DNA from: Bacteroidota bacterium
GTDB lineage: Bacteria > Bacteroidota > Bacteroidia > J057 > JADKCL01
Length of the DNA stretch: 64,000 bases
Direction: 5' to 3'
Assembly: GCA_031415375.1 (NCBI GenBank)
Contig: JANORP010000208.1
Location: forward strand, 14,738-78,737
Part shown: one piece after another, positions 39,305 to 50,117 of the stretch
How positions within the stretch are numbered: the first letter of the stretch is position 1
Layout of the letters: every line of letters starts with the position of its first letter
Notes under the pieces: model-generated
Seen by the model: the letters and a program-made list of their open reading frames with translations, nothing else
Told to the model about the DNA's origin: nothing
Database searches by the model: none
Program-made: the position numbers and the translations under genes

Positions 39305-40642
39305 ATGAAAATCGCAGTTATCGGTACAGGATACGTAGGTTTGGTCGGCGGCACATGCTTTGCCGAGTCGGGCAATGACGTGCTCTGCGTGGACAACAAT
39401 CAAGACAAGCTCGCCAAGCTTCGTGCGGGGAGCATCACCATTTATGAACCCGGGCTGGAGGTTTTGTTTGAACGCAACACCAAGGAAGGCCGCCTCACCT
39501 TCACCGACTCGGTCGAGGAGGCTGTTGCCTATGCCGAGATCATTTTCCTAGCCTTGCCCACTCCGCCTATGGAAGACGGCTCAGCCGACCTCCAATACGT
39601 CTTGGCCGTCGCCGAGCAGATCGGAAAGTGCATCAAAGACTACCGCGTGATTGTCAACAAAAGCACCGTCCCCGTCGGCACCGCCGACAAGGTGCGCGAC
39701 AAGATCATGGAATTCACCAACGTCGAGTTTGATGTCGTCTCCAACCCAGAGTTCCTCAGGGAAGGTGCCGCCGTAAACGACTTCATGAAGCCAGACCGCG
39801 TCGTCTTGGGCACGCGCAGCGAGCGTGCCCGCAAGCTCATGGAAAAACTCTACAAGCCATTTGTGATGTCGGGCAACCCGATCATCTTCATGGACGAGCG
39901 CAGCTCTGAGCTCACCAAATATGCCGCCAATTCCCTGCTCGCCACCAAAATATCATTTATGAATGAGATCGCCAACCTCTGTGAACGCGTCGGTGCCGAC
40001 GTCGATCGCGTGCGTGCTGGCGTAGGCTCAGATGACCGCATCGGCAAGCGTTTCCTTTTTGCAGGCGTCGGTTACGGCGGCTCATGTTTCCCAAAAGACG
40101 TCTCGGCCCTCTTCAAGACCAGCAAGGCCTACGGCTACGACTTCAAGATCCTCGACGCGGTCATGACCGTCAATGACAAGCAAAAGCACGTCATGGTCGA
40201 TAAGTTGGAAACTTTCTACGGCAGTGACTTCAGCAAGCTCACATTTGCCGTCTGGGGATTGGCCTTCAAGCCCAATACCGACGACATCCGTGAAGCACCC
40301 GCCCTCACCATCATCGCAGAGATGCTCAAGCGTGGCGCCAAGGTCAAAGCTTACGATCCAGAGGCCATGTGGCAAGTCAAGAATTATACCGACCTCGACA
40401 TCGAGATGGTCGATCACCGCTATGCAGCCCTTGAGGGTGCCGATGCACTCTGTGTCGTCACAGAGTGGAGCGAATTTCGCACCCCCGATTTCGACAAGAT
40501 CAAAGGTCTCCTCAAGAAACCCGTCATCTTTGATGGCCGCAACATCTTTGACATGGATCAGATGACCGAGCTTGGTTTCTACTACAACTCCATCGGTCGC
40601 GGTGTCGTCAATGCCATGGAATCCAACAAGGTCAATTCTTAA
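39305..40642 (+). CDS. ugd: UDP-glucose 6-dehydrogenase
   Basis: 'IGTGYVGL', 'KSTVPVGT', 'SNPEFLREG', '[10 protein letters not shown]', '[13 protein letters not shown]'. Confidence 0.93.
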   Translation: MKIAVIGTGYVGLVGGTCFAESGNDVLCVDNNQDKLAKLRAGSITIYEPGLEVLFERNTKEGRLTFTDSVEEAVAYAEIIFLALPTPPMEDGSADLQYVLAVAEQIGKCIKDYRVIVNKSTVPVGTADKVRDKIMEFTNVEFDVVSNPEFLREGAAVNDFMKPDRVVLGTRSERARKLMEKLYKPFVMSGNPIIFMDERSSELTKYAANSLLATKISFMNEIANLCERVGADVDRVRAGVGSDDRIGKRFLFAGVGYGGSCFPKDVSALFKTSKAYGYDFKILDAVMTVNDKQKHVMVDKLETFYGSDFSKLTFAVWGLAFKPNTDDIREAPALTIIAEMLKRGAKVKAYDPEAMWQVKNYTDLDIEMVDHRYAALEGADALCVVTEWSEFRTPDFDKIKGLLKKPVIFDGRNIFDMDQMTELGFYYNSIGRGVVNAMESNKVNS

Positions 40643-40644
40643 GC

Positions 40645-41604
40645 ATGGCCACAGAACGCAAAAAACGCATTCTCATCACAGGTGGTGCCGGGTTTCTCGG
40701 TTCACACCTCACTGACCGCGCCATCCAAGAGGGCTATCAGGTCATCGTGATGGACAATCTGCTCACAGGCGACATGTCCAATATCGCGCATCACTTTGGC
40801 AATCCCGATTTCCAATTTGTGCTCCACGATGTCACCGAATACATCCACGTGGCGGGTGAACTCGATTACATCCTGCACTTTGCCTCCCCGGCCAGCCCCA
40901 AGGACTATTTGAACCTGCCGATCCAGACTCTCAAGGTCGGTTCGCTCGGCACGCACAAAGTCCTCGGTCTCGCCAAGGCCAAGGGTGCGCGCATGCTCAT
41001 CGCCAGCACATCCGAAGTTTATGGTGACCCGATGGTACACCCGCAAGACGAGGAGTATTGGGGCAATGTGAATCCGATCGGCTCGCGCGGCGTCTATGAC
41101 GAGGCCAAGCGTTTCATGGAAGCTATCACCATGGCCTATCACCGCTACCACGGCGTCGATACCCGCATCGTGCGCATCTTTAACACTTATGGCCCGCGCA
41201 TGCGCCTAGACGACGGCCGCGCACTGCCCGCATTTGTGGGACAGGCCCTGCGTGGCGAAGACATCACCGTCTTTGGAGACGGCAGTCAGACCCGCAGCTT
41301 TTGTTATGTCGATGACGAGGTCGAGGGCATCTATCGCCTCCTGCACAGCGACTACAGCTACCCCGTGAACATCGGCAATCCCGATGAAGTGACCATCCTG
41401 GAATTTGCCCAGGAGATCATTGCACTCACAGGCACTCAAAGCAAGGTGATCTTCAATCCCCTGCCCGAGGACGACCCCAAGGTGCGCCAACCCAATATCG
41501 AGCTCGCCAAAAGGCTGCTCGGCTGGGAACCCCGCGTGCCCCGCGCAGAGGGCCTCAAGACCACGATCGACTTTTTCAAGCGCAAAATCAGCGATGGGCT
41601 TTAA
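40645..41604 (+). CDS. UDP-glucuronate decarboxylase (UDP-xylose synthase)
   Basis: '[10 protein letters not shown]', 'ASPASP', '[10 protein letters not shown]', '[16 protein letters not shown]', '[10 protein letters not shown]'. Confidence 0.92.
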   Translation: MATERKKRILITGGAGFLGSHLTDRAIQEGYQVIVMDNLLTGDMSNIAHHFGNPDFQFVLHDVTEYIHVAGELDYILHFASPASPKDYLNLPIQTLKVGSLGTHKVLGLAKAKGARMLIASTSEVYGDPMVHPQDEEYWGNVNPIGSRGVYDEAKRFMEAITMAYHRYHGVDTRIVRIFNTYGPRMRLDDGRALPAFVGQALRGEDITVFGDGSQTRSFCYVDDEVEGIYRLLHSDYSYPVNIGNPDEVTILEFAQEIIALTGTQSKVIFNPLPEDDPKVRQPNIELAKRLLGWEPRVPRAEGLKTTIDFFKRKISDGL

Positions 41605-42142
41605 GCTACAGACGACAGAGATCGAGGGACTCTTGATCTTGGAACCCGCCGTCTTTGGCGACGAGCGTGGTTATTTCATGGAGACCTACAGCGAAAAGGC
41701 ATTCCAGGATATCGGTCTGCACATGCACTTTGTGCAAGACAACCTTTCCTTCAGCCGCAAAGGTATTTTGCGGGGTCTGCATTTTCAGGCACCGCCTTAT
41801 GACCAAGGCAAATTGGTGAGCGTCGTGCAGGGGCATGTTTTGGATGTCGCGGTGGACATTCGCAAGGGCTCCCCCACCTATGGGCAGCATGTAATGGTGC
41901 ACTTGAGCGCCGAGAACCACAAGATTTTTTACATCCCGCCGGGATTTGCCCACGGGTTTTTGGTCATTTCGGAGGAATGTTACTTTTCCTACAAATGCAC
42001 CAATACTTATGACCGCGCGTCGGAGGGGGGCATCATGTGGAACGATCCTGCATTGGGCATCGACTGGCAGGCCACAGCGCCCATCATTTCAGAAAAAGAC
42101 AGCTATTACACGCCCTTCGGGGAATTTGTAAGTCCATTTTAA
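41594..42142 (+). CDS. rfbC: dTDP-4-dehydrorhamnose 3,5-epimerase
   Basis: 'FGDERGYF', 'QDN.S.S', 'RGLHFQ', 'DVAVDIR', 'GFAHGF', 'YKC'. Confidence 0.95.
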   Translation: MGFKLQTTEIEGLLILEPAVFGDERGYFMETYSEKAFQDIGLHMHFVQDNLSFSRKGILRGLHFQAPPYDQGKLVSVVQGHVLDVAVDIRKGSPTYGQHVMVHLSAENHKIFYIPPGFAHGFLVISEECYFSYKCTNTYDRASEGGIMWNDPALGIDWQATAPIISEKDSYYTPFGEFVSPF

Positions 42143-42152
42143 GCACAGCATT

Positions 42153-43031
42153 ATGAAAGGCATCATCTTGGCCGGAGGATCTGGCACGCGGCTCTACCCA
42201 CTTACGATCTCGGTGAGCAAGCAGCTCATGCCCGTGTACGACAAGCCGATGATTTATTATCCCTTATCGACGATGATCACGGCCGGCATCAGGGAGATCC
42301 TCATCATTTCTACGCCCTTTGACCTGCCGCTCTTCCAAAACCTGTTGGGAGATGGTAGCCGCATAGGGCTGCGCTTTGAGTATGCCGTGCAAGAGAAGCC
42401 CGAGGGCCTCGCCCAGGCCTTTATCATCGGTGAGGAATTTGTCGGTGACGACGACGTCGCCCTGATCTTGGGCGACAACATCTTTTACGGCACCGAGCTC
42501 AACCATACCTTGCAGGAAGCGGCGCGCTTGGTGCGCACAGAAGGCGGCGGCATGGTATTTGCCTACCACGTCTCAGACCCTGAGCGGTATGGCGTCGTCG
42601 ATTTTGCCCCCAATGGCGAGGTGCTTTCCATCGAGGAAAAACCGACGCATCCCAAGAGTTCATTTGCGGTGCCCGGCATCTATTTCTACGACAACAAAGT
42701 CGTCGAAATCGCCAAGAACCTCAAGCCAAGCGTGCGAGGTGAATTGGAGATCACCGACGTGAACAAAATTTACTTGGAGCACAAGCGCCTACGGGTCTCG
42801 ATCTTGAACCGTGGCACAGCTTGGCTCGACACCGGCACCCACGACAGCCTCCAAGACGCTGGCCAGTTTGTGCAGATCATCGAGAAACGCCAGGGCCTCA
42901 AGGTCGGTTGCATCGAGGAGGCCGCTTGGGAAATGGGATTCATCGACGACGACGGGCTACGCAATGCTGCCGAAGGTCTCCTCAAGAGCGGTTACGGCAT
43001 CTACCTGCTTGGCTTGCTCGGGGGCAAGTGA
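42153..43031 (+). CDS. rfbA: Glucose-1-phosphate thymidylyltransferase
   Basis: '[14 protein letters not shown]', '[15 protein letters not shown]', 'LGDNIF', 'EEKP', 'RGELEITD', 'WLDTGT'. Confidence 0.97.
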   Translation: MKGIILAGGSGTRLYPLTISVSKQLMPVYDKPMIYYPLSTMITAGIREILIISTPFDLPLFQNLLGDGSRIGLRFEYAVQEKPEGLAQAFIIGEEFVGDDDVALILGDNIFYGTELNHTLQEAARLVRTEGGGMVFAYHVSDPERYGVVDFAPNGEVLSIEEKPTHPKSSFAVPGIYFYDNKVVEIAKNLKPSVRGELEITDVNKIYLEHKRLRVSILNRGTAWLDTGTHDSLQDAGQFVQIIEKRQGLKVGCIEEAAWEMGFIDDDGLRNAAEGLLKSGYGIYLLGLLGGK

Positions 43032-43032
43032 C

Positions 43033-44097
43033 ATGACCGTTCCAGGACGCAAGACCATTTTGTTTGTTGCGCCCAGCAATTCCAGTTTCGTGCGGCAAGA
43101 CGCAGAAATGCTCAGCGAGCATTTTGATGTGCAGCGCTTTGAATTTGGATCCCGCAAAGGGTTCCAAATGCTGGTCTATCAATTGAAATTGTGCATTTGG
43201 TTGTTGCGGCGGCTGCCAGCGGCGGCCGCCGTCTATATTTGGTTTGGCGACTACCACAGTTTCTTGCCCACCCTGTGGGCCCGCATCTTTGGTCGCCCAT
43301 CGCTGTTGGTCATCGGTGGCTACGATGCCGCCCGATTGCCGGCCTACAACTATGGGGGCCACAACAGCAAGCTGCGCAGTTACATGATCCGCAAGAGCTG
43401 CGATTGGGCGACCAAGCTGCTCCCTGTTTCTGATTTTGTGAATGCCGAACTCTCCCAACGCATCGGCAACGGCACGTTGCCGAAACGCGAAGTGATACAC
43501 AATGGCGTGGACATTGCTGTATTCCAAACAGCCAACGCACACGATAGCGCGCGAAGCGGAGCGATATGCGTCTCCATTGCCGACACCGTGGCGCGCGCAC
43601 AGATCAAAGGCTTGGATCGCTATGCCGACGTGGCGCGGCAATTTCCCGACGAAGCGTTTGTCTTGGTCGGGGTCACAGGCGCAGCACTTGCCTATTTGCA
43701 CGACTTCCAAGTGCCCAACTTGCAACTCATGGGCCTCAAACCCCGCGCGGAACTGCAGGCCCTGTACAGCAGGGCGCGCTTGGTCTGCCAATTCTCAAGG
43801 TTTGAATCGTTTGGGATGGCCTTGGCAGAGGGCATGTTGTGCGGCTGTATTCCCGTGACCTTGCCTGGGGTGGGCACAGGGGAGATCCTGTCCCAAGACA
43901 GTGGGTATGTAGCGCGCTCCACCGAAACCGAAGACTTGGTCATCGCCACCCGGCAAGCCTTTGCGCAGGGCCCAGCCATGGCCATACAAGCAAGGCAGCG
44001 CATCCTCTCCAACTTCAGTCTAGAAAAGCGTGGGTTCCGCATCCTTGCGGTTTTCAAGGCTTTGGGGATCGGTGAGGGAGATACGAAACAAGGTTAA
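43033..44097 (+). CDS. Glycosyltransferase family 4
   Basis: 'SSFVRQD', 'HNGVD', 'KG', 'ESFGMALAEGM..GC.PV'. Confidence 0.88.
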   Translation: MTVPGRKTILFVAPSNSSFVRQDAEMLSEHFDVQRFEFGSRKGFQMLVYQLKLCIWLLRRLPAAAAVYIWFGDYHSFLPTLWARIFGRPSLLVIGGYDAARLPAYNYGGHNSKLRSYMIRKSCDWATKLLPVSDFVNAELSQRIGNGTLPKREVIHNGVDIAVFQTANAHDSARSGAICVSIADTVARAQIKGLDRYADVARQFPDEAFVLVGVTGAALAYLHDFQVPNLQLMGLKPRAELQALYSRARLVCQFSRFESFGMALAEGMLCGCIPVTLPGVGTGEILSQDSGYVARSTETEDLVIATRQAFAQGPAMAIQARQRILSNFSLEKRGFRILAVFKALGIGEGDTKQG

Positions 44098-44213
44098 CGG
44101 TCTGGACAGACAGCGCGACCAATGCACGCGCGGCCTGTTCATTGGCACCAAAAAGGGACTTTAATTTTCCCTATGTGCATGTATATTTAGGACATGTTAC
44201 TTCAGGAGCTCCA

Positions 44214-45542
44214 ATGAAAAAGTATCAGCATTTGATCAATCACAGCATCATCACGGTGTTGTTGATCCTGGTGATGGCAGCGATCACCCAAGTTTGGTCC
44301 CAGCAACCCGCCCTCTTGAGTGCACCCATCTTGGGAGCACAGACCACCACATCCGCCAAGGTTTGGACCATGGTGCGGGACTGCAGGCAAGTCGCCTTGC
44401 ACGCAGGCACCCAGGTGTATGAAATTGCCACCGCAGGCAAGCCGCACTGGAAAGGCCATGTCCCCGTGACTTTTGCAGTGACCGGGATTCCAGCCGGTGC
44501 CACGGTCGAGGCCCAGCTCTATTTGGACGGCCAGCCAGCGGGCCAGCCTTTCCAAATCGCCACCACGCCAGTCACCCTGCAGCCAGCGTGGTCATTTTTG
44601 TTGGGATCCTGTGCCCTCTATGGCGTTGGCTTGTCGGGGATGATCAAGCCGGGCCGTTATACCAAGATTTTTGATGAGATGCGCGCCAACCCCAGCGACT
44701 TCATGCTGTGGCTGGGCGACAACGTCTATTTGCTCAATGGAGAGTGGAATGACCCCGTGCGCATGTATGAAAAATACACCAAAGTCCGCCTGGACCCAGC
44801 CACCAACGCCTTCCTTGCATCACGACCCCAATACGCCATCTTGGACGACCACGACTACGGCCCCAACAACGCCGAGGGAGACTTCCCAAACAAAGGCACC
44901 ACACTAGGCTGCTTCCGAGACTTCTGGCCCAATCCCTATTTTGGCCAAGGCGAGGGGACAGGCAGCTATTACGACTTTCAATACCAAGACGGCGCCTTTT
45001 TTATGTTGGACGACCGCTGGTACCGCAACTCCATCGGCAATGCACAAGTCATCGGCCCGCAGCAGATGCAGTGGTTGCAGCAACGACTCAAGGCCAGCAC
45101 CGCCACCTTTAAATTTATCGCGCTCGGGAGTCAGGTACTTAGCGAGGTCAATGCACACGAGACGTGGTCCCGATTTCCAGAGCGGCAGCAACTCTTTGAC
45201 TTCATCAAAGCCCAGCGCATCACAGGCGTGATCTTTCTCTCCGGGGATCGTCACTTCACCGAACTGTGCCGTCTGGAGCAGGCGGGGCTTTATCCCTTGT
45301 ATGACTTCACGAGTTCGCCGATCAGCAGCATCTTGCGCAAGCAAGTAGATCGACCCAAAGATCCCGAGTACGACCATGCCTTGCGGGTTCCCGAGACCAA
45401 GGTGGTCGCGCACAACTTCGGCAAAGTCACCATCGAGGGACCCTTGGGCCAGCGGCTGTGCAAGTTGCAGACCTTCGACGATTACGGTCGGCTGTTGTGG
45501 ACACACGAGATTCCCCAGCAAGCCCTCGTTTGGGCGCCATGA
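44214..45542 (+). CDS. PhoD-family alkaline phosphatase / phosphodiesterase
   Basis: 'GSC', 'WLGDNVY', 'DDHDYGPNN', 'LDDRWYR', 'LSGDRH'; Sec-type signal peptide. Confidence 0.88.
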   Translation: MKKYQHLINHSIITVLLILVMAAITQVWSQQPALLSAPILGAQTTTSAKVWTMVRDCRQVALHAGTQVYEIATAGKPHWKGHVPVTFAVTGIPAGATVEAQLYLDGQPAGQPFQIATTPVTLQPAWSFLLGSCALYGVGLSGMIKPGRYTKIFDEMRANPSDFMLWLGDNVYLLNGEWNDPVRMYEKYTKVRLDPATNAFLASRPQYAILDDHDYGPNNAEGDFPNKGTTLGCFRDFWPNPYFGQGEGTGSYYDFQYQDGAFFMLDDRWYRNSIGNAQVIGPQQMQWLQQRLKASTATFKFIALGSQVLSEVNAHETWSRFPERQQLFDFIKAQRITGVIFLSGDRHFTELCRLEQAGLYPLYDFTSSPISSILRKQVDRPKDPEYDHALRVPETKVVAHNFGKVTIEGPLGQRLCKLQTFDDYGRLLWTHEIPQQALVWAP

Positions 45543-45605
45543 GTGAGGGGCATGGATCCCTCATGCAAGCACGACAACTTGGTAGCGTTGCGGCATATCA
45601 GCTGC

Positions 45606-47111
45606 CTACGGCAGCTTGATGCCCTTGTCTTTGTTGGGTCTCACCTTGGACAGCACCAGGGCGACCATCTTCTTGGAGTCGGGGATCGCATCCAGCACAT
45701 AGACGATGCCCGCAAAGACCACCGTAAAAACGCCGCCCTTCAAGATATAGGTCACGATCGGCCCCTGCACGACAGGGATGAAATGACATGCCCCGTAAGC
45801 CACGGCAGTCGCCATGAGCACCAGCAGCATTCGCAATGAAAATGGAAACAGGCCATAGCGTGCCCAGAGGAAACCGAGGCGGCCTAGATTGGCGAGCAAG
45901 ATCGCGAGGCCCGTTGCCAGCGCAGCACCCTCGATCCCATAGTGAGGGATGAAATACAGATTCATCGCAATACCCGCAGCAAACACAAAGAAACTCAGGT
46001 ACAAGTCCATCTTGTAGTAGCGCGACATGATCAGGATATAGGTATTCAGGCCGGTGATCATGTCCAGCACCCGCGACAGCCCGATGATCACCAATGCCGT
46101 CGCACCCGTCGCAAATGTCGCTGGCATCATGGCATAGAGCGAGTCAATCCCGAGCACCATCATCACAAAGAGGTAGGCCCCCACACCCAAGTTGATCAGC
46201 GACGTGCGCTGGTAGAGCCTTTGCATCGCGGCCATGTCATTTTTGGCCCAGTGGTCCGCAATTTGTGGCGAGGCCACCTTTTGGATCGCCCGCCACGGGA
46301 TCACGATAAGTGCGCTCACATAAAACGACGTTGTATAGACCCCTACAGCATCCATCCCCAAGTAAGAGGCCAGCATGAGCCCGTCGATGTTGTAGAGGAT
46401 GATAGCAGAGATATTGCCCATGAGCGTAAACCCGCCAAAGACCAGCACCTTGCGCATCAGTTGTTTCATGCGCCAGCTGCGCTTGGGCAGCACGTGCAGT
46501 TGCCCAAGCCACCAGGTATAGAGCACCATGAGCAGCGTCACGCTCGAGAGCAGTGCCACATACACCATCACAAACGTGGGGAAATCGATCCAGTCCATGG
46601 CATACAGCAAGATCGCCACCGCCACAAAGATGCGTTGGATGATCTCCCTGAAGAGGATCGGCACCACCGTCTTGAGCAGCGACCGCAGGTAGGCATCAAA
46701 GAGATCGAAGTACAGCGTCGCAAAGCCCAGCGGTATCAGGTACCAAAAGTAGTCCACCATGAGTGGCGACTCCTTTTGGAAATAATCAAAGATCTGCTGC
46801 TGAAACAGCAGCACGAGCAGCGTCACCACCACAAACCCCAAGGCCGGGATCAACAAGAGCCAAAAGAGGAAATGGTGGTGTTTACGGTCTTTGTTTTGGA
46901 AATACGGGAAAAACCGCAGTGTCATCGTCGAGAAACCCATCGCCGAGAACTGGGCATAGAGCATCGCATTGGTCACCAAGATATTCGCCAGGCCCACCTC
47001 CTCGGCTGAGAGGAAGTTGGTAAAGAGCAAGATCTTGTTCACAAACCCGATCGCCGCCCCGATGTACTGGAGCAGCGAAGACTGTATGCTTTGACGACGA
47101 ATGATTCCCAA
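45606..47111 (-). CDS. Wzx-like polysaccharide flippase (MATE-like)
   Basis: About 14 TM helices; 'MGIIRRQSI'; C-terminal 'N...IP.YGIEGAALAT'; TTG start. Confidence 0.85.
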   Translation of the reverse strand: MGIIRRQSIQSSLLQYIGAAIGFVNKILLFTNFLSAEEVGLANILVTNAMLYAQFSAMGFSTMTLRFFPYFQNKDRKHHHFLFWLLLIPALGFVVVTLLVLLFQQQIFDYFQKESPLMVDYFWYLIPLGFATLYFDLFDAYLRSLLKTVVPILFREIIQRIFVAVAILLYAMDWIDFPTFVMVYVALLSSVTLLMVLYTWWLGQLHVLPKRSWRMKQLMRKVLVFGGFTLMGNISAIILYNIDGLMLASYLGMDAVGVYTTSFYVSALIVIPWRAIQKVASPQIADHWAKNDMAAMQRLYQRTSLINLGVGAYLFVMMVLGIDSLYAMMPATFATGATALVIIGLSRVLDMITGLNTYILIMSRYYKMDLYLSFFVFAAGIAMNLYFIPHYGIEGAALATGLAILLANLGRLGFLWARYGLFPFSLRMLLVLMATAVAYGACHFIPVVQGPIVTYILKGGVFTVVFAGIVYVLDAIPDSKKMVALVLSKVRPNKDKGIKLP

Positions 47112-47314
47112 ATTGCAGACGTTTCTAAGCCGCCAAAGTACGCTGATTTAGGGGAACGAGGGAGAAATTTTGATGACGGCTTTTGATCCATACCCTGTAG
47201 AGATCGTGCAGATATCGGCGATTTCTAGCAGGATGATCATCGATGATGGGGGTTGACGACGCGCTGAGGGAGATCGATCTAAATCCTTCGCACAGATTGT
47301 CATTACCACACGCC

Positions 47315-48052
47315 TCACCGCAAAAACAGCTCTACAAAGGCATCTCGCCTTTCACGTGACACCGGCAGCACCATGCCATCACGCATCGTCACCTCTCCAC
47401 CTCGGCCTTTGACATACTTGAGCAGATGCGAGAGGTTGATGATATGGCTTTTGTGGATGCGCGCGAAGCCATGTGGCAGCAGCAGGTCGTCAAAGTCTTT
47501 GATGTTTTTGGAAGCCATTTCCATCCTGTTGTCGAGCATGTAAAAATGCGTATAGTTACGGGAGGCTTCAACGCGCACGATATCAGACAATTGCAAGACC
47601 GAGAAACCGTCGGGTTCCGAGACCACGAGTTGTGTCTTGAATTGGTCTTGAGCCGTTTGCCTGATGAGTGCATTCACCGGGGCAGCGGGAACAATGCGCA
47701 TATTGTCTTTCACTTTTTCCAATGCAGACCGCAAATCCTTGATCCGCACAGGTTTCAGCAAATAGTCAGCCGCATCAAATCTGAAGGAGTCAAAGGCATG
47801 CTGCTTGTGGGCGCTCACGAAGATCACCTGAAAATTGATCTTTTCGAGGGATTCCAAGACCTCAAAACCAGAGCCAGAATGCATTTGTATGTCCAGAAAG
47901 ACAAGATCGGGTTGCTTTGCCTCGATCAGTGCGACCGCCGTTTTTGGGGAGTCGGCCTCACCTATGACGGTGACCTCCTTGAAAAACTGATCCAAGATTG
48001 TGCGCAGCGTCATGCGGGCACTTTGTTCGTCATCAACAATGATTGCTTTCAT
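47315..48052 (-). CDS. LytTR-family response regulator
   Basis: REC domain (IVDDE, FLDIQM, DYLLKP) and LytTR domain (FARIHKSHIINL, LPVSR). Confidence 0.93.
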   Translation of the reverse strand: MKAIIVDDEQSARMTLRTILDQFFKEVTVIGEADSPKTAVALIEAKQPDLVFLDIQMHSGSGFEVLESLEKINFQVIFVSAHKQHAFDSFRFDAADYLLKPVRIKDLRSALEKVKDNMRIVPAAPVNALIRQTAQDQFKTQLVVSEPDGFSVLQLSDIVRVEASRNYTHFYMLDNRMEMASKNIKDFDDLLLPHGFARIHKSHIINLSHLLKYVKGRGGEVTMRDGMVLPVSRERRDAFVELFLR

Positions 48053-48243
48053 GGGACAATAGTGGTATTCAGTCTTGAGGGATATCGATAATGGAAGGTG
48101 GCTGGGGCAATACCCGGTAAAGAACCGCGCAAGGATCAGATTTTAGAAGACCCACCAAAACCATTCCCGAGCGTATTCAGACGCAAAATAGCAAGTAAAA
48201 GGGAACTTTTCCTTAACTTCACGACTTAATTCGCTCATAAAAG

Positions 48244-49272
48244 ATGCAGAAGACAAGGTTTGCGATCATCGGGTTTGGATATATCGGGCGGCGTCACGCC
48301 GAGATCATCAAGGGTCATCCCGATTGTGAGTTGGTGTCAGTATGCGACGTGCTGCCCGAAAAGGCTGCCTTTGCCGAGAGCTACCAAGTGCCGTTTTTTG
48401 TCGATGCCGAGACCATGCTCACCGATGGGCCGACCGCAGACGTCGTCTGCGTCTGCACACCCAACGGTTTGCATGCGCAGCATGCATTGCTCGGTCTCAA
48501 TCACAAAAAACATGTCGTGATCGAGAAACCGATGGGCATGACCAAGGCAGCCTGCGAGGAAGTGCTCTTCAAGTCCCTCCAAATGTCGCGCCTCGTGTTT
48601 TGCGTCATGCAAAACCGCTACAGCCCCACCTCTGAGTGGCTCAAGACCGTCGTGAACCAAGGCGTGCTCGGCAAGATCGAGATGGTGCAGGTCAATTGTT
48701 ATTGGAACCGCGACGACCGCTACTATGGCAAGTCGCCTTGGAAAGGCACCCTGGACCTCGATGGCGGCCCTCTCTTTACCCAGTTCAGCCACTTCATGGA
48801 CATCATGTATTGGCTGTTTGGAGACATCACCGACATCTCCGCGCAATTTTCCAACTTCAACCACCGTCACAACACCGAGTTTGAAGATTCCGGTTTGGTG
48901 ACCTTTCGCCTCATTCAAGGCGGCATGGGCTGCATCAACTATTCCACAGCCGTCTGGGACAAAAACTTTGAGAGCAGCATCACCATCGTCGCCCAAAACG
49001 GCACCATCAAGGTCGGCGGGCAATACATGGAGCTCGTCGAATACTGCCACATCGACGGTTACGAGATGCCCGAGTTGGCGGCCGCCAACCCGCCCAACGA
49101 CTACGGCCCCTACAAAGGCAGCGCCGCCAACCATCACTACATCTTTGAAAACGTGATCGCCACCCTCAGCGGTGCCAGCACCATCACCACCAACGCCTTG
49201 GAGGGCCTCAAAGTCGTGGAAATCATCGAGCGAATCTATCAGCAGCGCGACCTCTCCAACCTAAAAGGCTAA
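48244..49272 (+). CDS. Gfo/Idh/MocA oxidoreductase (WbpB/WlbA-like)
   Basis: 'IIGFGYIG.RH', 'TPNGLH', 'EKPM', 'QNRY', 'WNR...YY', 'W.GT..LDGG.L..Q.SH..D'. Confidence 0.88.
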   Translation: MQKTRFAIIGFGYIGRRHAEIIKGHPDCELVSVCDVLPEKAAFAESYQVPFFVDAETMLTDGPTADVVCVCTPNGLHAQHALLGLNHKKHVVIEKPMGMTKAACEEVLFKSLQMSRLVFCVMQNRYSPTSEWLKTVVNQGVLGKIEMVQVNCYWNRDDRYYGKSPWKGTLDLDGGPLFTQFSHFMDIMYWLFGDITDISAQFSNFNHRHNTEFEDSGLVTFRLIQGGMGCINYSTAVWDKNFESSITIVAQNGTIKVGGQYMELVEYCHIDGYEMPELAAANPPNDYGPYKGSAANHHYIFENVIATLSGASTITTNALEGLKVVEIIERIYQQRDLSNLKG

Positions 49273-49281
49273 AAAAAACCG

Positions 49282-49456
49282 AGCCAACCGAGCCCCGGGC
49301 CACCGGCCCCAAGGGCACGCGAATGCCAGCCTCCGGCTGCCGAAAAAAACCAAGGAATCCCAAAGCCAACCGAGCCCCGGGCCACCGGCCCCGAAGGGCA
49401 CGCGAATGCCAGCCTCCGGCTGACGAAAAAACCCAAGGAATCCCAAAGCCAACCGA
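49282..49456. repeat. Tandem repeat, about 2.1 copies of an 82-83 bp palindrome-rich unit
   Basis: Units start with AGCCAACCGA at 49282, 49364 and 49447; internal hairpins GGGCC-ACC-GGCCC, GCCC-CGAA-GGGC, CAGCC-TCC-GGCTG. Confidence 0.9.
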
Positions 49457-49745
49457 ACACCAACCCGTCCCAATAAGAGATCGGGCGCTCGCCAACAAAA
49501 CATCAACGAAGCGCATCATAAATGTGCGGCGGCGCAAAGTCGTCGCGTTCGATGAACCCTTGCCCGCGGGTCTCAAAGCGACCCCGAACCCCGCCCCAAA
49601 CACACTGCAACAACCGTCAGCGCACGCGAAAAATGGAAGAAAAATAGAAAGGAGCAAACACCCATGTGTCCAGAATCCAGCTCGGCGATGCGCCCATCAA
49701 CCGCAAGGTCGTGCAGCACCCAAGGCAAAAGAAAACCAGCCAAAA

Positions 49746-50111
49746 TCACCAGGGATGTTCCAGATCCTTGGGTGCATAGGCATGCTCCCGCACAGCATAA
49801 TAGCTGCCATCTGTTTTCTTACGGAGTTGCAGCAAGTCTTTTTTGCCCAAGCGGCGCAGCAGGGCCAGCGGCGTCAAGAGCAAGAAAAAGACCACGCCCA
49901 AAATGATGTGTGAATTGATGAAACCCAGCACCTTGGCCAGGCCCAGCCAACCCAGGTGGATGTATTTGGCCGCAAGCGGAATCGCCAAGCCCACGATACC
50001 CACGCCCATGCCCACATACAGGCATTCCACGCGCCCCGTGATGAAGTAAAAGACCATCATGCCAGTGGCGATCACCAGCAAAGTCTCGATATGTTTACCG
50101 CGTTGTTCCAT
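49746..50111 (-). CDS. SxtJ-family membrane protein
   Basis: 'W..LA..LG.INS.IIL...FFL.LTP.A', 'DLLQL', 'DLEHPW'; directly after the carbamoyltransferase. Confidence 0.8.
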   Translation of the reverse strand: MEQRGKHIETLLVIATGMMVFYFITGRVECLYVGMGVGIVGLAIPLAAKYIHLGWLGLAKVLGFINSHIILGVVFFLLLTPLALLRRLGKKDLLQLRKKTDGSYYAVREHAYAPKDLEHPW

Positions 50112-50117
50112 TGTATA

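Noticed and set aside
6421-45542. Phosphate-scavenging regulon (ppk1, PhoD, S1/P1 enzyme, OmpR/PhoB-type pair)
   Set aside because: The genes are widely separated, I found no Pho-box-like repeats, and the regulator cannot be assigned as PhoB.
49282-49456. Possible CRISPR array
   Set aside because: The units are near-identical over their whole length, with no unique spacers and no cas genes.
49223-49657. ORFs across the repeat region, including 'LLASARSLIGTG', faintly like an NlpC/P60 start
   Set aside because: Mostly translated repeat; the resemblance is too short and catalytic motifs are absent.
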